Of a stretch of 64,000 nt of DNA, positions 1 to 10,908 are shown piece after piece. The notes under the pieces were generated by a model. It did no database searches, was not told where the DNA came from, and worked only from the letters and a program-made list of their open reading frames with translations. This DNA is from Leucoraja erinacea. Taxonomy: Eukaryota. Positions within the stretch are counted from its first letter, which is position 1. Every line of letters begins with the position of its first letter. The stretch lies in the NCBI RefSeq assembly GCF_028641065.1, contig NW_026576313.1, positions 1 to 64,000 on the forward strand, read 5' to 3'. The translations under genes were made by a program, and so were the position numbers.

Positions 1-680
1 CTAACATACCATTCGCGTTCTTCACTACCCGCTGCATCTGCATGCCTACTTTCAATGTGTTCAAGAAGGAACTGCAGATGCTGGAAGGGTTTCGGCCCGA
101 AACGTCACCTATTTTCTTCGCTCCATAGATGCTGCTGCACCCGCTGAGTTTCTCCAGCATTTTTATGTACCTGCCTACTTTTAATGACTGGTGTACCTTG
201 ACACCCAGGTCTCGTTGTATCTCCCCTTTTCCTAATCAGCCACCATTTAGATAATAGCCTCCTTTTCTGTTTTTGCCACCAAAGTGGATAACCTCACATT
301 AATCCACATTATACTGCATCTGCCATATATGTGCCCACTCACCCAGCCTATCCAAGTCACCTTGCAGCCTCCTAGCATCCTCCTCACAGCTAACACTGCC
401 CCCCAGTTTAATGTCATCCGCAAACTTGGAGATGTTGCATTCAATTCCCTCGTCCAAATCGTTAATATATGTTGTAAATAGCTGGGGTCCCAGCTCTGAG
501 CCTTGCGGTACCCCACTAGTCACTGCCTGCCATTGTGAAAATGATCCGTTTACTCCTACTCTTTGCTTCCTGTTTGCCAGCCAGTTCTCTATCCACATCA
601 ATACTGAACCCCCAATACCGTGTGCTTTCAGTTTGTATACTAATCTCTTATGTGGGACCTTGTCGAAAGCCTTCTGAAAT
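1..680 (-). mobile_element. CR1-type LINE fragment (RT region), runs off window start
   Basis: ORF 299..712 has FQKAFDKVPH, SGVPQGSELGP and KFADD RT motifs typical of CR1 ORF2. Confidence 0.9.
58..171 (+). mobile_element. Short Penelope-derived repeat inserted in CR1, with 15-bp target duplication
   Basis: GGGTTTCGGCCCGAAACGTC core shared with other copies; flanked by TGCCTACTTT(C/T)AATG at 43-57 and 172-186. Confidence 0.75.
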
Positions 681-1289
681 TCCTTTTCGTACTTGACGTT
701 AATTATAACCATTTCTTCCCGTCAATGGCATTAGAATTTACTCTGAATTATAATCACGGTTCATCAAACTGGGCGTTCAAGTCAGGGTCACCAGATAGTT
801 TTCACTTTGTGTAATTTAAAATCAAGTCTTGTAATGCATTAAAAGAAATATTGTCTCATAGACCATAAGCAAATTTAACAGATTTACGGTGGAAATGAAA
901 AGGCTTCAAAAGTCGTTTAATGGATGCTCATCGAAAAAATTACATCCACTTTTAGATGTAGTTTTCGATCAGTAGGCAGATGGAGGCACCTACAAGCATG
1001 TCATGCTTATGAAGTCGCATGCAGAGCCAGTACCGTTTGGCGAGAGGTACAGAATAAAGCGGAGACAATACTTCAAACTATTTGAAACAACATTTTGAAG
1101 CCGTTTTTTCCCCCATTGTGGTCTAAAGTTACAATTGTCCATGACGTATAAAGGCGTATGAAGGTATGAAGCCGCCGAAAATGAATTTGTTATTTTTGTA
1201 ATTAAACTACGCAGAATCTACTGCATGGAATGAACAGTTCACATACACGAGGCATTACATTTACATGCAGTTCAATTGTCCAAAGCGTG

Positions 1290-1790
1290 CAAGGGTGAGC
1301 TGAGACCTCTGGGAACAACATCGCGGAGCTGCGGGACTGTGGAGCGGCCAGCTGCGGGCGGCGGTGCCCAACTTTACACCGGGAGCCTGGGATCTCGTGG
1401 AGCTCCATCCGGCGCGGCCTTGTCGGCTTCGGAAGCCGCGGCCTCCAGTACGGAGTCGGCGGTTCCATGGTTCCCATTCCGTTGTGAGGACTTTCCCGAC
1501 GCCGGAGCAGCACCACCCGGCGAGAACGGCCAGGACCATTGGGCCTCCGTCGAGGCAACTGTGGAGGCCTCAATAGGCCCGACTATAGGTGAACTGGTGT
1601 TGGGGACTGGACGTTGTGCCTTACCTCATGGTGGGAGCCATTGTAGGGGGATGTTCTTTGTGTTTAAGACTCTCATTGGTGTTATGTCTGTATTCTTTTT
1701 TTGTGTGCTGCAAAATGGCAAAAGCATTTCACTTCATTACACCTCGGTGTATGTGAATGTGACTAATAAAAACCTTTGAATACTTTGAAT
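1290..1790 (+). repeat. GC-rich non-autonomous interspersed repeat with LINE-like 3' tail
   Basis: Similar to the reverse complement of 55650-55800 (CTGTGGAGGCCTCA..AGGCCCGACT..GGGGACTGGAC..TGTGCCTT); ends AATAAAAACCTTTGAATACTTTGAAT. Confidence 0.55.
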
Positions 1791-1805
1791 ATACAAACTT
1801 AAAGC

Positions 1806-2047
1806 ACATGGAATCTCTGGAATTCTCTGCCACAGAAGGTAGTTGAGGCCAGTTCATTGGCTATATTTAAGAGGGAGTTAGATGTTATCCTTGTGGTTAA
1901 GGGGATCAGGGGGTATGGAGGGAAGGCAGGTACAGGATACTGAGTTGGATGACCAGCCATGATCACATTGAATGGATGTTCAGGCTCGAAGGGCCGAATG
2001 GCCTACTCATGCACCTATTTTCTATGTTTCTATGTTCTATATTTCTA
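1806..2047 (+). mobile_element. CR1 3' end with (TTTCTATG)n tail
   Basis: Near-identical to 23513-23737. Confidence 0.85.
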
Positions 2048-3139
2048 AGATGTGTGTTGATTACATTAATGGAAAGATGAAGCGTAGAAATCGTCCCACC
2101 AAGTCCACGCCATCTACCGGCCATTCACGGTATGTCTAAAAGAGAGCGCTCTCGCATGAGCTCCCTGCGCACGATGGGCAAATGACAGACGCCGATTAAC
2201 GTCTCCAGCAGCTGTGGTACACAGCCGTCCACTTGGAAAGTCAGAATTACTTAGACAAAGCCATTAGTTTTTGCAGGAGATTATGTTTGACTTTTTTTAT
2301 TTCGCTTCTCAGAGGCAATGAGATGACACAGTGTACTTGATGTGATTGGCATAGGAAAGCCTTTGTCCAGCTCCCACAGTTACAGTTAACAGAGCTGGGT
2401 GCCGCCGGATGAAGACTTCGAAAGTCCGATGCTGAATTGGCCTGGAAAATTCCGGCAACGGTTAAAACTAATTCTGGGAATGGGGAGGGGGTACAAGGAA
2501 GGAAGACAACAAGGATACTTTGTTCAATGAAGCTTTATGACAACAAATATAATTCACATGTAATCATTGTATCATCAGGTTTAAAAAAACCTGTCGGCGC
2601 TGTGAGTGATTGAACTCTGGATTCTTGCAGAGTTTTTCGCAGTAAAAACTATAAAGATCTTGAATAAACTGACGTTTGAAAAATGCGCCACTGCTCGTTG
2701 AGATGTCGTTGTGTCTCTGCCGTTCTGAGCTGTTATTGACAGGACAAGTGGGTCCCTGGTGAAAGTGAGATTCCAGGTGCAATTTCAAGAGAAATATCCC
2801 TAAAACATCTCCTTAGAGTTGATAACCGCTAATCCGGGCAGCGTTCTGACAAAAATCTCCTGCAGCTTCCTGGTTCTCTGCCTATGGTCCCTGTAATTGA
2901 ACTACCATATCTATACTCAAAACAAAAAAACAAACTGAATACCCACTACGCTTATTATTCATTCCAAAGTGCATAACCTCACAATTATCTGGATTAAATT
3001 GCATCTACCATTGCTCAGCCATTTTAACCAAATAACATATTTCAGCCAATAATTATCTTCCTCACTGTGAACAATACCATCATTTTTAGACATCTGCAGA
3101 CTTATTGGTCATATCCCACATTGCGTAAATGCAAAGCAT

Positions 3140-3245
3140 AAAATAAGATTACAGGAGAACGTACAAACTCCATAAAGATAAGCACCTGTAGTAAGGATAG
3201 AACCCTGTTCGCTGGCAGTAGCTCTACCGCTACAACACCGTATCA
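3140..3245 (-). mobile_element. tRNA-derived SINE 5' fragment
   Basis: Minus strand ACGGTGTTGTAGCGGTAGAGCTACTGCC..GGTTCTATCC resembles the head of the SINE at 4390-4719. Confidence 0.5.
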
Positions 3246-3443
3246 GCAGTGGGATAACATAGATCTAGTGTTACTACAACAGACTATTAAGCTCCCGCGT
3301 TTAAGTTTCTGTTTTACAACATTAGTGAGCCCACATTTTCTAGATTTCTTTCTGCGTATTTGAACAAATGTTCTCATTTTACCCACAGATAGCAAAACAC
3401 ATATATTGTCCCTATCCCAGTCATAATTGTTGAGATATTTCCC

Positions 3444-3802
3444 NNNNNNNNNNNNNNNNNNNNNNNNNNNNNNNNNNNNNNNNNNNNNNNNNNNNNNNNN
3501 NNNNNNNNNNNNNNNNNNNNNNNNNNNNNNNNNNNNNNNNNNNNNNNNNNNNNNNNNNNNNNNNNNNNNNNNNNNNNNNNNNNNNNNNNNNNNNNNNNNN
3601 NNNNNNNNNNNNNNNNNNNNNNNNNNNNNNNNNNNNNNNNNNNNNNNNNNNNNNNNNNNNNNNNNNNNNNNNNNNNNNNNNNNNNNNNNNNNNNNNNNNN
3701 NNNNNNNNNNNNNNNNNNNNNNNNNNNNNNNNNNNNNNNNNNNNNNNNNNNNNNNNNNNNNNNNNNNNNNNNNNNNNNNNNNNNNNNNNNNNNNNNNNNN
3801 NN
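3444..3802. other. Assembly gap (N run); further gaps at about 13714-13901, 29087-29273, 48931-49150 and 49156-49310
   Basis: Runs of N. Confidence 0.99.
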
Positions 3803-4389
3803 ACAGTATCTCAATTTTTTCTCTAAGATCTAATAGATTGTTGTCACTAACATTATGGCAGATTAATAGTTATGCTTGACTTTGAATTGGAACAAATAAC
3901 AAATAAATGTAATATATTGGAATATATTGCAGACGCCACCAAATTGCTCACGTAGAACCGAGATATTTATAATTTGTAAAGTCATGTTTTACATTTCCGT
4001 TGAAAACATAAGCAATATCTCGTCACATCCCCATCCAAGACGATCGATATACGATTATGAGATCAATGTATCTACTCTTTCAGATAATACTGTCAGACAA
4101 CGTGTTACTTGAAAGTTCATGATGCCTCAAATTAAATGTCGGACCTTACAATAAATCTTAGAGAAAAGTGCAATGTCATTACTGAATTCGCTTTCACCGA
4201 GGCCACAGCTGACAATGGCCTGTTCCCTTCATAATCGTTATTTATTTGCATATCTTTCCTTCATTTGTTCTATCTCTCCTTCCTAACATCATTCTCCCGC
4301 CTCCTTCCCTTACCCCCTGACACCCCCAGTAATCAAGAAATAACTACATAGGACTGAGGTTGCCTATAACTAATTTACTAAGCCAATAT

Positions 4390-4719
4390 TTATTGATTTC
4401 ATTTAGCCTAGTTTACAGATACAGCGCGGTAACTGGCATTTCGGCCTACCGAGCCGGTGCCGACGGTGATCCCCGCACATTAACACTATCCTGCACACAC
4501 AAGGTACAATTTTACATTTATTCATTTATACCATCCCAATTAACCTACAACCCCGTAAATCTTTGGAATATGCGAGGAAACTGGACATCCCGGAGAGAAC
4601 CCACGCAGGTTACGGGAAGAACGAACATCCGCCGTACAGGCAGCAGGCGTCGTCGGGATCGAAACCGCGTCTCTGTTTCTGTAAGGAAGCAACCTTACCG
4701 CTGCACCACCTTGGCGCCC
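4390..4719 (-). mobile_element. tRNA-derived V-SINE (HE1-like)
   Basis: Minus strand has box A GGTGCAGCGG, box B GGTTTCGATCCC, then V-domain-like TTCTTCCCGTAACCTGCGTGGGTTCTCTCCGGG..CCAGTTTCCTC..TTCCAAAGA. Confidence 0.8.
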
Positions 4720-5054
4720 TAATTCATAATTCAAATCTAAGTCACGAGGCCTCCAGGACCTTATGGAAGACTAGATCCATGTATGGAGTAAGCAGCGTCC
4801 ATCTCTATATAAATGCCTAATACATTCCCGATGATTTAGATGTGGTACAAATGAGAAAGTGAAATATGCAGTGAGATCATATAGTCGACTTGCCACATAA
4901 CGAAGATACCTGAAACAGATTAATCCGGGACTAGGTGGACGTTAACCAAATGAGGATAAGTCTATTACACGGGAACATACTGAATATAGGATAATTTTGT
5001 TGCGGGGATTGAAGGCTTTATGACAAGTTTGCATATAATGCGAAAATACACAAA

Positions 5055-5560
5055 GAGGATGCAGAAGGACTTAGACGGGTTGGGAGAGTGGGCAGAGAAA
5101 TGCCTGATGGAATACATAGCAACGTGTGCAGTCATACATTTTGGTAAAGGCGTTGACTATTTTCTAAATGGGAAGAGGGTCAAGAAATCGGAGGTGCCAA
5201 GGGACTTGGGAGTGATGGTGCATGATTCCCAAAATGTGAATTTGCAAGTCGAATCAGTAGTAAGGAAAGCAAATGCTATGCTAGCATTTATTTCAAGAGG
5301 AATGGAATAAAATAACAGGGGTGCAATGCTGAGGCTTTATAAGGCGCTGGTTACGCCGCATTTGTACTGGAGAGGGTCCACAGGATGTTCATGAAATTTG
5401 ATCCAGCAATTAGTGGGAATTATGACAAGCATCTGTCGGCACTCGGCCACTGCTAACTGGAGATTAGAAGGATGAGGGAGGCCCTCATTGAAACTTAGCG
5501 AATAGTGAAAGGCCTGGATAGAGTGGATATGAAGAGGATGTTTCCACTGGTGGAGGAGAA
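5055..5560 (+). mobile_element. Decayed CR1 fragment (post-RT region)
   Basis: QKDLDGLGEWAEK..RDLGVMVH..KANAMLAFISRG in ORF 5020..5310. Confidence 0.8.
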
Positions 5561-5872
5561 GAGGCTCATGCCGAAGATGATGCCAAAGTAAACTAATGCC
5601 ATCTGCTTGCAAGTAATCTATATTTCTCCATTCCCTGCACACCCACATACAAACTCATGCTCATCGACACGAGCGCACGTCTCCCATAAAAATCATTGAC
5701 ATCCTTTTATCATGCAGTATGTTTGTTGGGCGTGCGTGCTTAAAAGTTCATGACACACTGCATCATAATTGTCTTAAACAGTGGCAATATGCAAAAATCG
5801 CCTTTATTGTGTGGAAGTGGAACATTCTGATTATTTTGCAAGGCTCGCTATACCCTCGAGATTTATCTCAGA

Positions 5873-5880
5873 TATAAATA
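5873..5880 (+). promoter_or_regulatory. Candidate TATA box of the GPR139-like gene, now separated from exon 1 by the DIRS insertion
   Basis: TATAAATA starts about 80 bp upstream of the ATG at 10764 once the DIRS element is removed. Confidence 0.45.
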
Positions 5881-6117
5881 ACAGGTAAGCAAGAATAGTG
5901 AGATTAAACGAGTACTTACCAGTACGAAGTTTGATCTGTATTTTATGAGGAGTTACGATGAGGGATTACGTGAAGAACCCACCCAGCGCGCAGGCACGGC
6001 ATACTTCCAAGCAGCGGTGTGGAATCACAGGTAGACACAATATTGAAGTAAAGATAGTAAAGATTAATGAGACATCAGCCCAAGTTTGATCTATACAATG
6101 AGGGTGGGAGCGGAGGG

Positions 6118-6230
6118 CACGTAATCCCTCATCGTAACTCCTCATAAAATACAGATCAAACTTCGTACTGGTAAGTACTCGTTTAATCTCACTATTTTAC
6201 TTCGGAGTCACGTGAGTGACTACGTGAAGA
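6118..6230. repeat. DIRS internal complementary region (ICR)
   Basis: 6118-6196 is the reverse complement of 5894-5972; 6194-6230 is the reverse complement of 10671-10707. Confidence 0.95.
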
Positions 6231-6392
6231 CTTCAAAGGTCTGTGATTTCAAACCGTGTAACAGTTATATCACTCACTGCCGAAAGATCATCGAGGGAGG
6301 AAGTGGTATCTAAAGACCAACGAATTTGTTAGTTTTTCAAAACAAAAATGTTTATTTCACAATAACAAAAAATAGCTCCCCTGGGCTGTAAA

Positions 6393-7403
6393 TTATAAAT
6401 TTGCGGATTCTAAAATTTTCTCCGCAAAGACGTCCTTCTCCATCAGCGGTTTGTGGTAGAATTTTTGGAATGTCGATTCCCTTGACCATCCCGCTGTACC
6501 AAGGATGTGGTCTATGGGAACCTGCATCCTTGTCGCCGCTGACGTGGACGCTGCCCTGGTTGAATGGGATTTAAAAACATCTGTGTTAATCCCTGCGGTA
6601 TGTAGGACCTGTTTCAACCATCTAGATATTGTCTGGCTGGTAACCCGTCCAAAAGGCTTTTTATGGCTGACCCATAAGGCTTTCTCACTCCCTCTAAGTG
6701 GTTGGGTTGTGTCTATGTAATCATGTAGGTGGGTCACAACACAAAGCCTAGGTTCTGGAGGGTAAGCCCGGAAAATTAACGGAGTGTTGGATGTACCTGG
6801 CCTGCTCTGTTTAACCAACCCCGGTATGGTAAAAGTAATGGAATCTGGGGTGGTCACCATGTAGTCCAGTCTTAAAAGATGCAGCGACTGAACCCTCTGA
6901 GCAGAGACGAGCGCCATGAGCATGAGGGTCTTAATAGTGGACTGCTCCAGGCTCAAGGATCCCACCGGAGGCCAACCTCGAAGGTGTTGCAAAACTACAC
7001 TAACATCCCACACATGGGTGTATCTAGGTGTAGGGGGTTTGGTATTATAGATCCCTTTAAGGAGTTTGATAACCAGGGGGTGGGATCCAATACTGTGATG
7101 TCCTTGGGGCATGAGGTATGCGGACAGGGCGCTTCGTGCTGCATTGATGGCACTGTAGCTCATCTTTTGGTCATGGTGCAAGTGGCCCAGGAACTCCAGC
7201 ACGTCCGTTATCGAAGCTGTCTTGTAAGATGTCCCTGCATTGAGGCAGTACTGTTCCCATTTCCTGATGTAGGTCAAGTACTGTTTCTTGGTGGAATCTC
7301 GCAGGGATGCCGACATGGTGGTGATTGTTCGTTCTGATAACCCCAATCCCTGGTAAGGTCTGTTCAGAATCTGGAAACCAGGAGGTTCAATTTTTGATGG
7401 CAT
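6393..7403 (-). CDS. DIRS tyrosine recombinase (336 aa)
   Basis: R (AQRV), HSTR, AGWS and FQKFY catalytic signature; N-terminal SAM-like region (STKKQY..KWEQYC). Confidence 0.95.
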   Translation of the reverse strand: MPSKIEPPGFQILNRPYQGLGLSERTITTMSASLRDSTKKQYLTYIRKWEQYCLNAGTSYKTASITDVLEFLGHLHHDQKMSYSAINAARSALSAYLMPQGHHSIGSHPLVIKLLKGIYNTKPPTPRYTHVWDVSVVLQHLRGWPPVGSLSLEQSTIKTLMLMALVSAQRVQSLHLLRLDYMVTTPDSITFTIPGLVKQSRPGTSNTPLIFRAYPPEPRLCVVTHLHDYIDTTQPLRGSEKALWVSHKKPFGRVTSQTISRWLKQVLHTAGINTDVFKSHSTRAASTSAATRMQVPIDHILGTAGWSRESTFQKFYHKPLMEKDVFAEKILESANL

Positions 7404-9298
7404 GGATGGCTTATGCCAGATACCGGGTGAGTCAATAGTTGTGGGTGGCTATGAAAAACCATAGGTGACTCTACCACCATGTCGTGGAAAATTGGGAACC
7501 ATGGTTGGGTAGGCCAGTCGGGCACGACCAGAATACCTGAAGCTGAGTCAGCTTGTATTTTCTGGAGTACCCGACTGATGAGGCAGAAGGGAGGGAAAGC
7601 ATAGAAAAAGAAATTTCCCCAATCCAGCGTGAAGGCATCTACCGCTGCTGCCCCTGGGTCTGGTTCCCAAGCCACATACATGGGTAGTTGGTGATTTAGT
7701 CTAGATGCAAACAAATCTATATCTGGCGTACCGTATTGCTTGACAATTCTAGCAAATATTTTTGGGTCTAACATCCATTCGATGTTGTCATTGAATTTTC
7801 GTGACCTGGTGTCCGCCACTGAATTTAGCTTGCCTGGTAAGTAGGCAGCTGATAGCCAAATATGTCTCTCGACACACCATTGCCAGATTATAGTAGTCAA
7901 TTTGTCGCATGATACTGATTTTATACCACCCATGTGCTGGATGTAAGACACCGCCGTTGTGTTATCAATCATAACCCTGACATGTACATGCCGCATGTCG
8001 GATACATATGCTTTTAGCCCATAAAATGCGGCAAGCATCTCCAAGTAGTTTATGCCAAGTGATTGTAGTAGCGATGCCTCTGAGTTAGTCCATCTGCCAC
8101 CTGTGCTGGCTATAGAGTTAGTAGCTCCCCAGCCTAAAGCACTGGCATCCGTAGTGATGGTTATGTTAGGATTGGTGACAGCGATAGGACTGTAACTGTG
8201 CCAAATATTATCCACCCACCACTGAAGTTCTGATTTGGCTTCAGCGGGTAAATCCATTTTACGGTCATAATGCCCCCTACTTAGACGTAGTGCATATGTC
8301 CTTGCTCTTTGCAAATTTTGATAATGCAAGGGCCCAAATTGAGCAGCTGGGAATGCTGCTACTATGCTACCAATGACTCTGGCTACGTGCCGTATCCTTG
8401 GTTGCGGTTTTGCGATTAAACTGTTACAGGCTTCTGTAAGTGTAACTTTTTTATCTCTAGGCAGAGTAACAGTCATACGGATAGTGTCAATAGTGAAGCC
8501 TAGGTAATCCATGTTAGTAGTTGGCTCCAATATTGATTTATCTGGGTGTAGAATAAATCCCAATGTTTCAAGGAGTTGTTTAGTGGCTAAAACTCCTGCG
8601 ACAGCTAGTTCCCTTGTTCTCCCTAATATGAGAACATCGTCCAGATAGGCCACGACTAAATGTTTTTGCTCTCTCAATTTTTTCATGGCCACTTTAAGGA
8701 TTTTGGTAAATAATCTGGGAGCTGTTGTTAAACCATTGGGTAATGCTCTATACTGCCATAGTTGCCCCATCCAGATAAATTTCAGATATTTGAAATGATC
8801 TTTATGAATGGGTACTAGATAGTAAGCATCCTTGATATCTATGCTTGCCATGAAGTATCCCTTGGAGATCAGTTGTCTGGCAGTGACAAACGTCTCCATT
8901 TTGAAATGTTGATACTCAACAGACTGATTAAGTGATGTCAAATCAATGATAATACGACATCCACCATCTTTTTTAGTTTTTAGAAAGATGTTGGATACAA
9001 ATTCCAATGGCTCGTGTCTGGTCCTTTCTATGATGCCTTTGGCCACGAGCCTGTCTAGTTCAGCTTGTCCTTCTACCTTCTCTAAATGTGAGGGAAGGAA
9101 TACCCTTTGGGGCATGTGCTGAACTGGCGGTTCTATGCCAGATTTAAATTCAATTTTGTATCCACTGATACTGTTGAGTATAAACTCGTTGTTAGTAAGG
9201 GAGCACCAAACATGTTTGAAGAACCTCAAACGCCCTCCTGTTAATACAACACCCTTTGTCTGTGTATGTCGACAGGAACCAGACCCACCTACCTCCAT
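7364..9298 (-). CDS. DIRS reverse transcriptase / RNase H / adenine methyltransferase-like polyprotein (644 aa)
   Basis: DIKDAY, LPNGL, YLDD (RT); TTDAS, INYLEM, DNTTA, NSVAD (RNase H); DLFAS, DAF, YAFPPF (MT). Confidence 0.95.
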   Translation of the reverse strand: MEVGGSGSCRHTQTKGVVLTGGRLRFFKHVWCSLTNNEFILNSISGYKIEFKSGIEPPVQHMPQRVFLPSHLEKVEGQAELDRLVAKGIIERTRHEPLEFVSNIFLKTKKDGGCRIIIDLTSLNQSVEYQHFKMETFVTARQLISKGYFMASIDIKDAYYLVPIHKDHFKYLKFIWMGQLWQYRALPNGLTTAPRLFTKILKVAMKKLREQKHLVVAYLDDVLILGRTRELAVAGVLATKQLLETLGFILHPDKSILEPTTNMDYLGFTIDTIRMTVTLPRDKKVTLTEACNSLIAKPQPRIRHVARVIGSIVAAFPAAQFGPLHYQNLQRARTYALRLSRGHYDRKMDLPAEAKSELQWWVDNIWHSYSPIAVTNPNITITTDASALGWGATNSIASTGGRWTNSEASLLQSLGINYLEMLAAFYGLKAYVSDMRHVHVRVMIDNTTAVSYIQHMGGIKSVSCDKLTTIIWQWCVERHIWLSAAYLPGKLNSVADTRSRKFNDNIEWMLDPKIFARIVKQYGTPDIDLFASRLNHQLPMYVAWEPDPGAAAVDAFTLDWGNFFFYAFPPFCLISRVLQKIQADSASGILVVPDWPTQPWFPIFHDMVVESPMVFHSHPQLLTHPVSGISHPCHQKLNLLVSRF

Positions 9299-9300
9299 GT

Positions 9301-10527
9301 TTATTTCTGGGAGCGTTTCCGATGGGTTTGGCCCGAGGATGTTCTTGTTGGTGCTGCGGTGGGGCGGCGTATCTTCCCACGGCTCCGCCCTGGGCCCCGC
9401 TCTAAAAAAGAGCTCTGGGGGTAGTGGGAGGCGGTCACCAGGCTTTCACCAGCTCTGTACCTACTGGTGGATGCCAAGGCGTGCTGCCAACTGGGTGTCT
9501 TCACCCTGCTCGGTCCTGGCGCTGCCCTCATAAGGCCTACGGGTTTGGCCGCCTCTTCTAGTTCCTTGAGCTTTTTAGGTAGGTCTGCTCCGAATAGCAG
9601 CGCCTCCCTTTCTGGCGCCGGAGCTTTGCAGAGGCCCGCATATGTGGGGTTGAGGGCAGGCCTGATGTTTTCACGACGCAGGCTGTTGAGCTCGTACTGG
9701 GTGTTACACATTAACGCCAGCACATCCTGCTGGGGTGTAGAGAGCTCTGCGTCTCCGACGGACCGAGCAAAGGCGGTGATGGCTGCAGTGTGGAGCTTCA
9801 GGATTCGTTGCATTTTCACCTCCTGAGTCCTGATCTGCTGCCCCAGCTGGTTCCATATTTGGCCGTTTACGGTCTTTACCCGCAGCGCCTCGCAATTTTC
9901 CGGCGCTGTATAGGTGTCAAGGGCCTCCTGAACGACCTTCTCTTGCAACGGCTTGTTGGAGAGTCTGATGATACTGGCTGCCATCCTTGGTGGTAGTATC
10001 ATCCCGGTCGTCGGGCGCGCCGCGTACCGACTGACAACACCCAGTAGCTCTTCCTCTTGTAGCTCGCCCGGCATACTTGTGCTGTCGTCCGCCTGCCCTT
10101 GTGATAGGCCAGCCCAGTCCTGGCCTCCCTTGCTGCCCTCGAACAGAGAGGGTACAGAAGGGTGTGGCGACGGTATGGAGGAGGCCAAAGCCCGTCCTCC
10201 TTGGAGATGCCTAGCCTGCATCTCCTCGTCGAGCATCCGCTCAAGCAGCTGCCTCATGCAGCTGATGCGGCTGTCTCCCCGTTTCGCCGGTGGAGAGCGT
10301 TCCCGTTCCTCCGACGAGTCGGAGGTCACCGGCCGGTCAGTTTTGCGGGTTGCTTTCCTCCCTGTGCGGGGCGTCGAAATCGGCGGCACAGGGAGCGGCT
10401 CGGCTTCGGGTGTGCGGGAGCGTTGAAATAGCTCATCCGCCGCTGGTGGCTGCCGCCCAGATATTGACCCCTCCTCGGGTGGAGTTGGGCAGGCAGTCCT
10501 CCTTGCTGGTCGCTTTCGGGAAGCCAT
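9301..10527 (-). CDS. DIRS ORF1 (gag-like, 408 aa)
   Basis: Position upstream of RT; PENC..VNGQIW, ELNSLRRENIRPALN and LLFG motifs typical of DIRS ORF1. Confidence 0.85.
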   Translation of the reverse strand: MASRKRPARRTACPTPPEEGSISGRQPPAADELFQRSRTPEAEPLPVPPISTPRTGRKATRKTDRPVTSDSSEERERSPPAKRGDSRISCMRQLLERMLDEEMQARHLQGGRALASSIPSPHPSVPSLFEGSKGGQDWAGLSQGQADDSTSMPGELQEEELLGVVSRYAARPTTGMILPPRMAASIIRLSNKPLQEKVVQEALDTYTAPENCEALRVKTVNGQIWNQLGQQIRTQEVKMQRILKLHTAAITAFARSVGDAELSTPQQDVLALMCNTQYELNSLRRENIRPALNPTYAGLCKAPAPEREALLFGADLPKKLKELEEAAKPVGLMRAAPGPSRVKTPSWQHALASTSRYRAGESLVTASHYPQSSFLERGPGRSRGKIRRPTAAPTRTSSGQTHRKRSQK

Positions 10528-10763
10528 TCTTTCTCCTCCGTTTAGCGACTCTGTAACTCAAAAGACACTTACCTGAGGTCCTGTCTTTATGCTGCCGCTG
10601 GAGAGCCTGGCTCCAGCTGCTGCCGCTGTTGCACTGCTGACGTAATGCCGCGCCTGCGCGCTGGGTGGGTTCTTCACGTAGTCACTCACGTGACTCCGAA
10701 GTAAAATCAAGAAGCAAGAGATCCGTTTCTTCGACTAACTGGAAACGTCGCTTCACTTTGACG

Positions 10764-10833
10764 ATGGGATTAGCGGTCATGTTAATCGTAGAACGCATTT
10801 ACTATCCAATTCTTGTGATAATTGGTGTTCCTG
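10764..10833 (+). pseudogene. Exon 1 of GPR139-like 7TM receptor (MGLAVMLIVERIYYPILVIIGVP)
   Basis: ATG at 10764, TM1 motif IYYPIL..IGVP, donor CCTG|GTAAGC (phase 1) joins acceptor 21528 in frame (G+CT=Ala). Confidence 0.85.
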
Positions 10834-10908
10834 GTAAGCCATTTGCATGATATTATTATATGTACGCTTAATAACTCGTTATACGTTCTCCGTCATACAT
10901 ATCTATAT

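Larger units (their letters stand above)
5894..10707 (-). mobile_element. Full-length DIRS1-type tyrosine-recombinase retrotransposon
   Basis: Three open ORFs (gag-like, RT/RNaseH/MT, YR); short inverted repeat 5967-6002 vs 10645-10680; ICR complementary to both termini; AAT trinucleotide at both ends. Confidence 0.97.

Noticed and set aside
4640-4719. tRNA gene
   Set aside because: A and B boxes continue into a SINE body; no convincing cloverleaf
7364-9298. Phage or bacterial contamination suggested by recombinase and methylase motifs
   Set aside because: Domain order and termini are those of a eukaryotic DIRS1 retrotransposon embedded in vertebrate repeats
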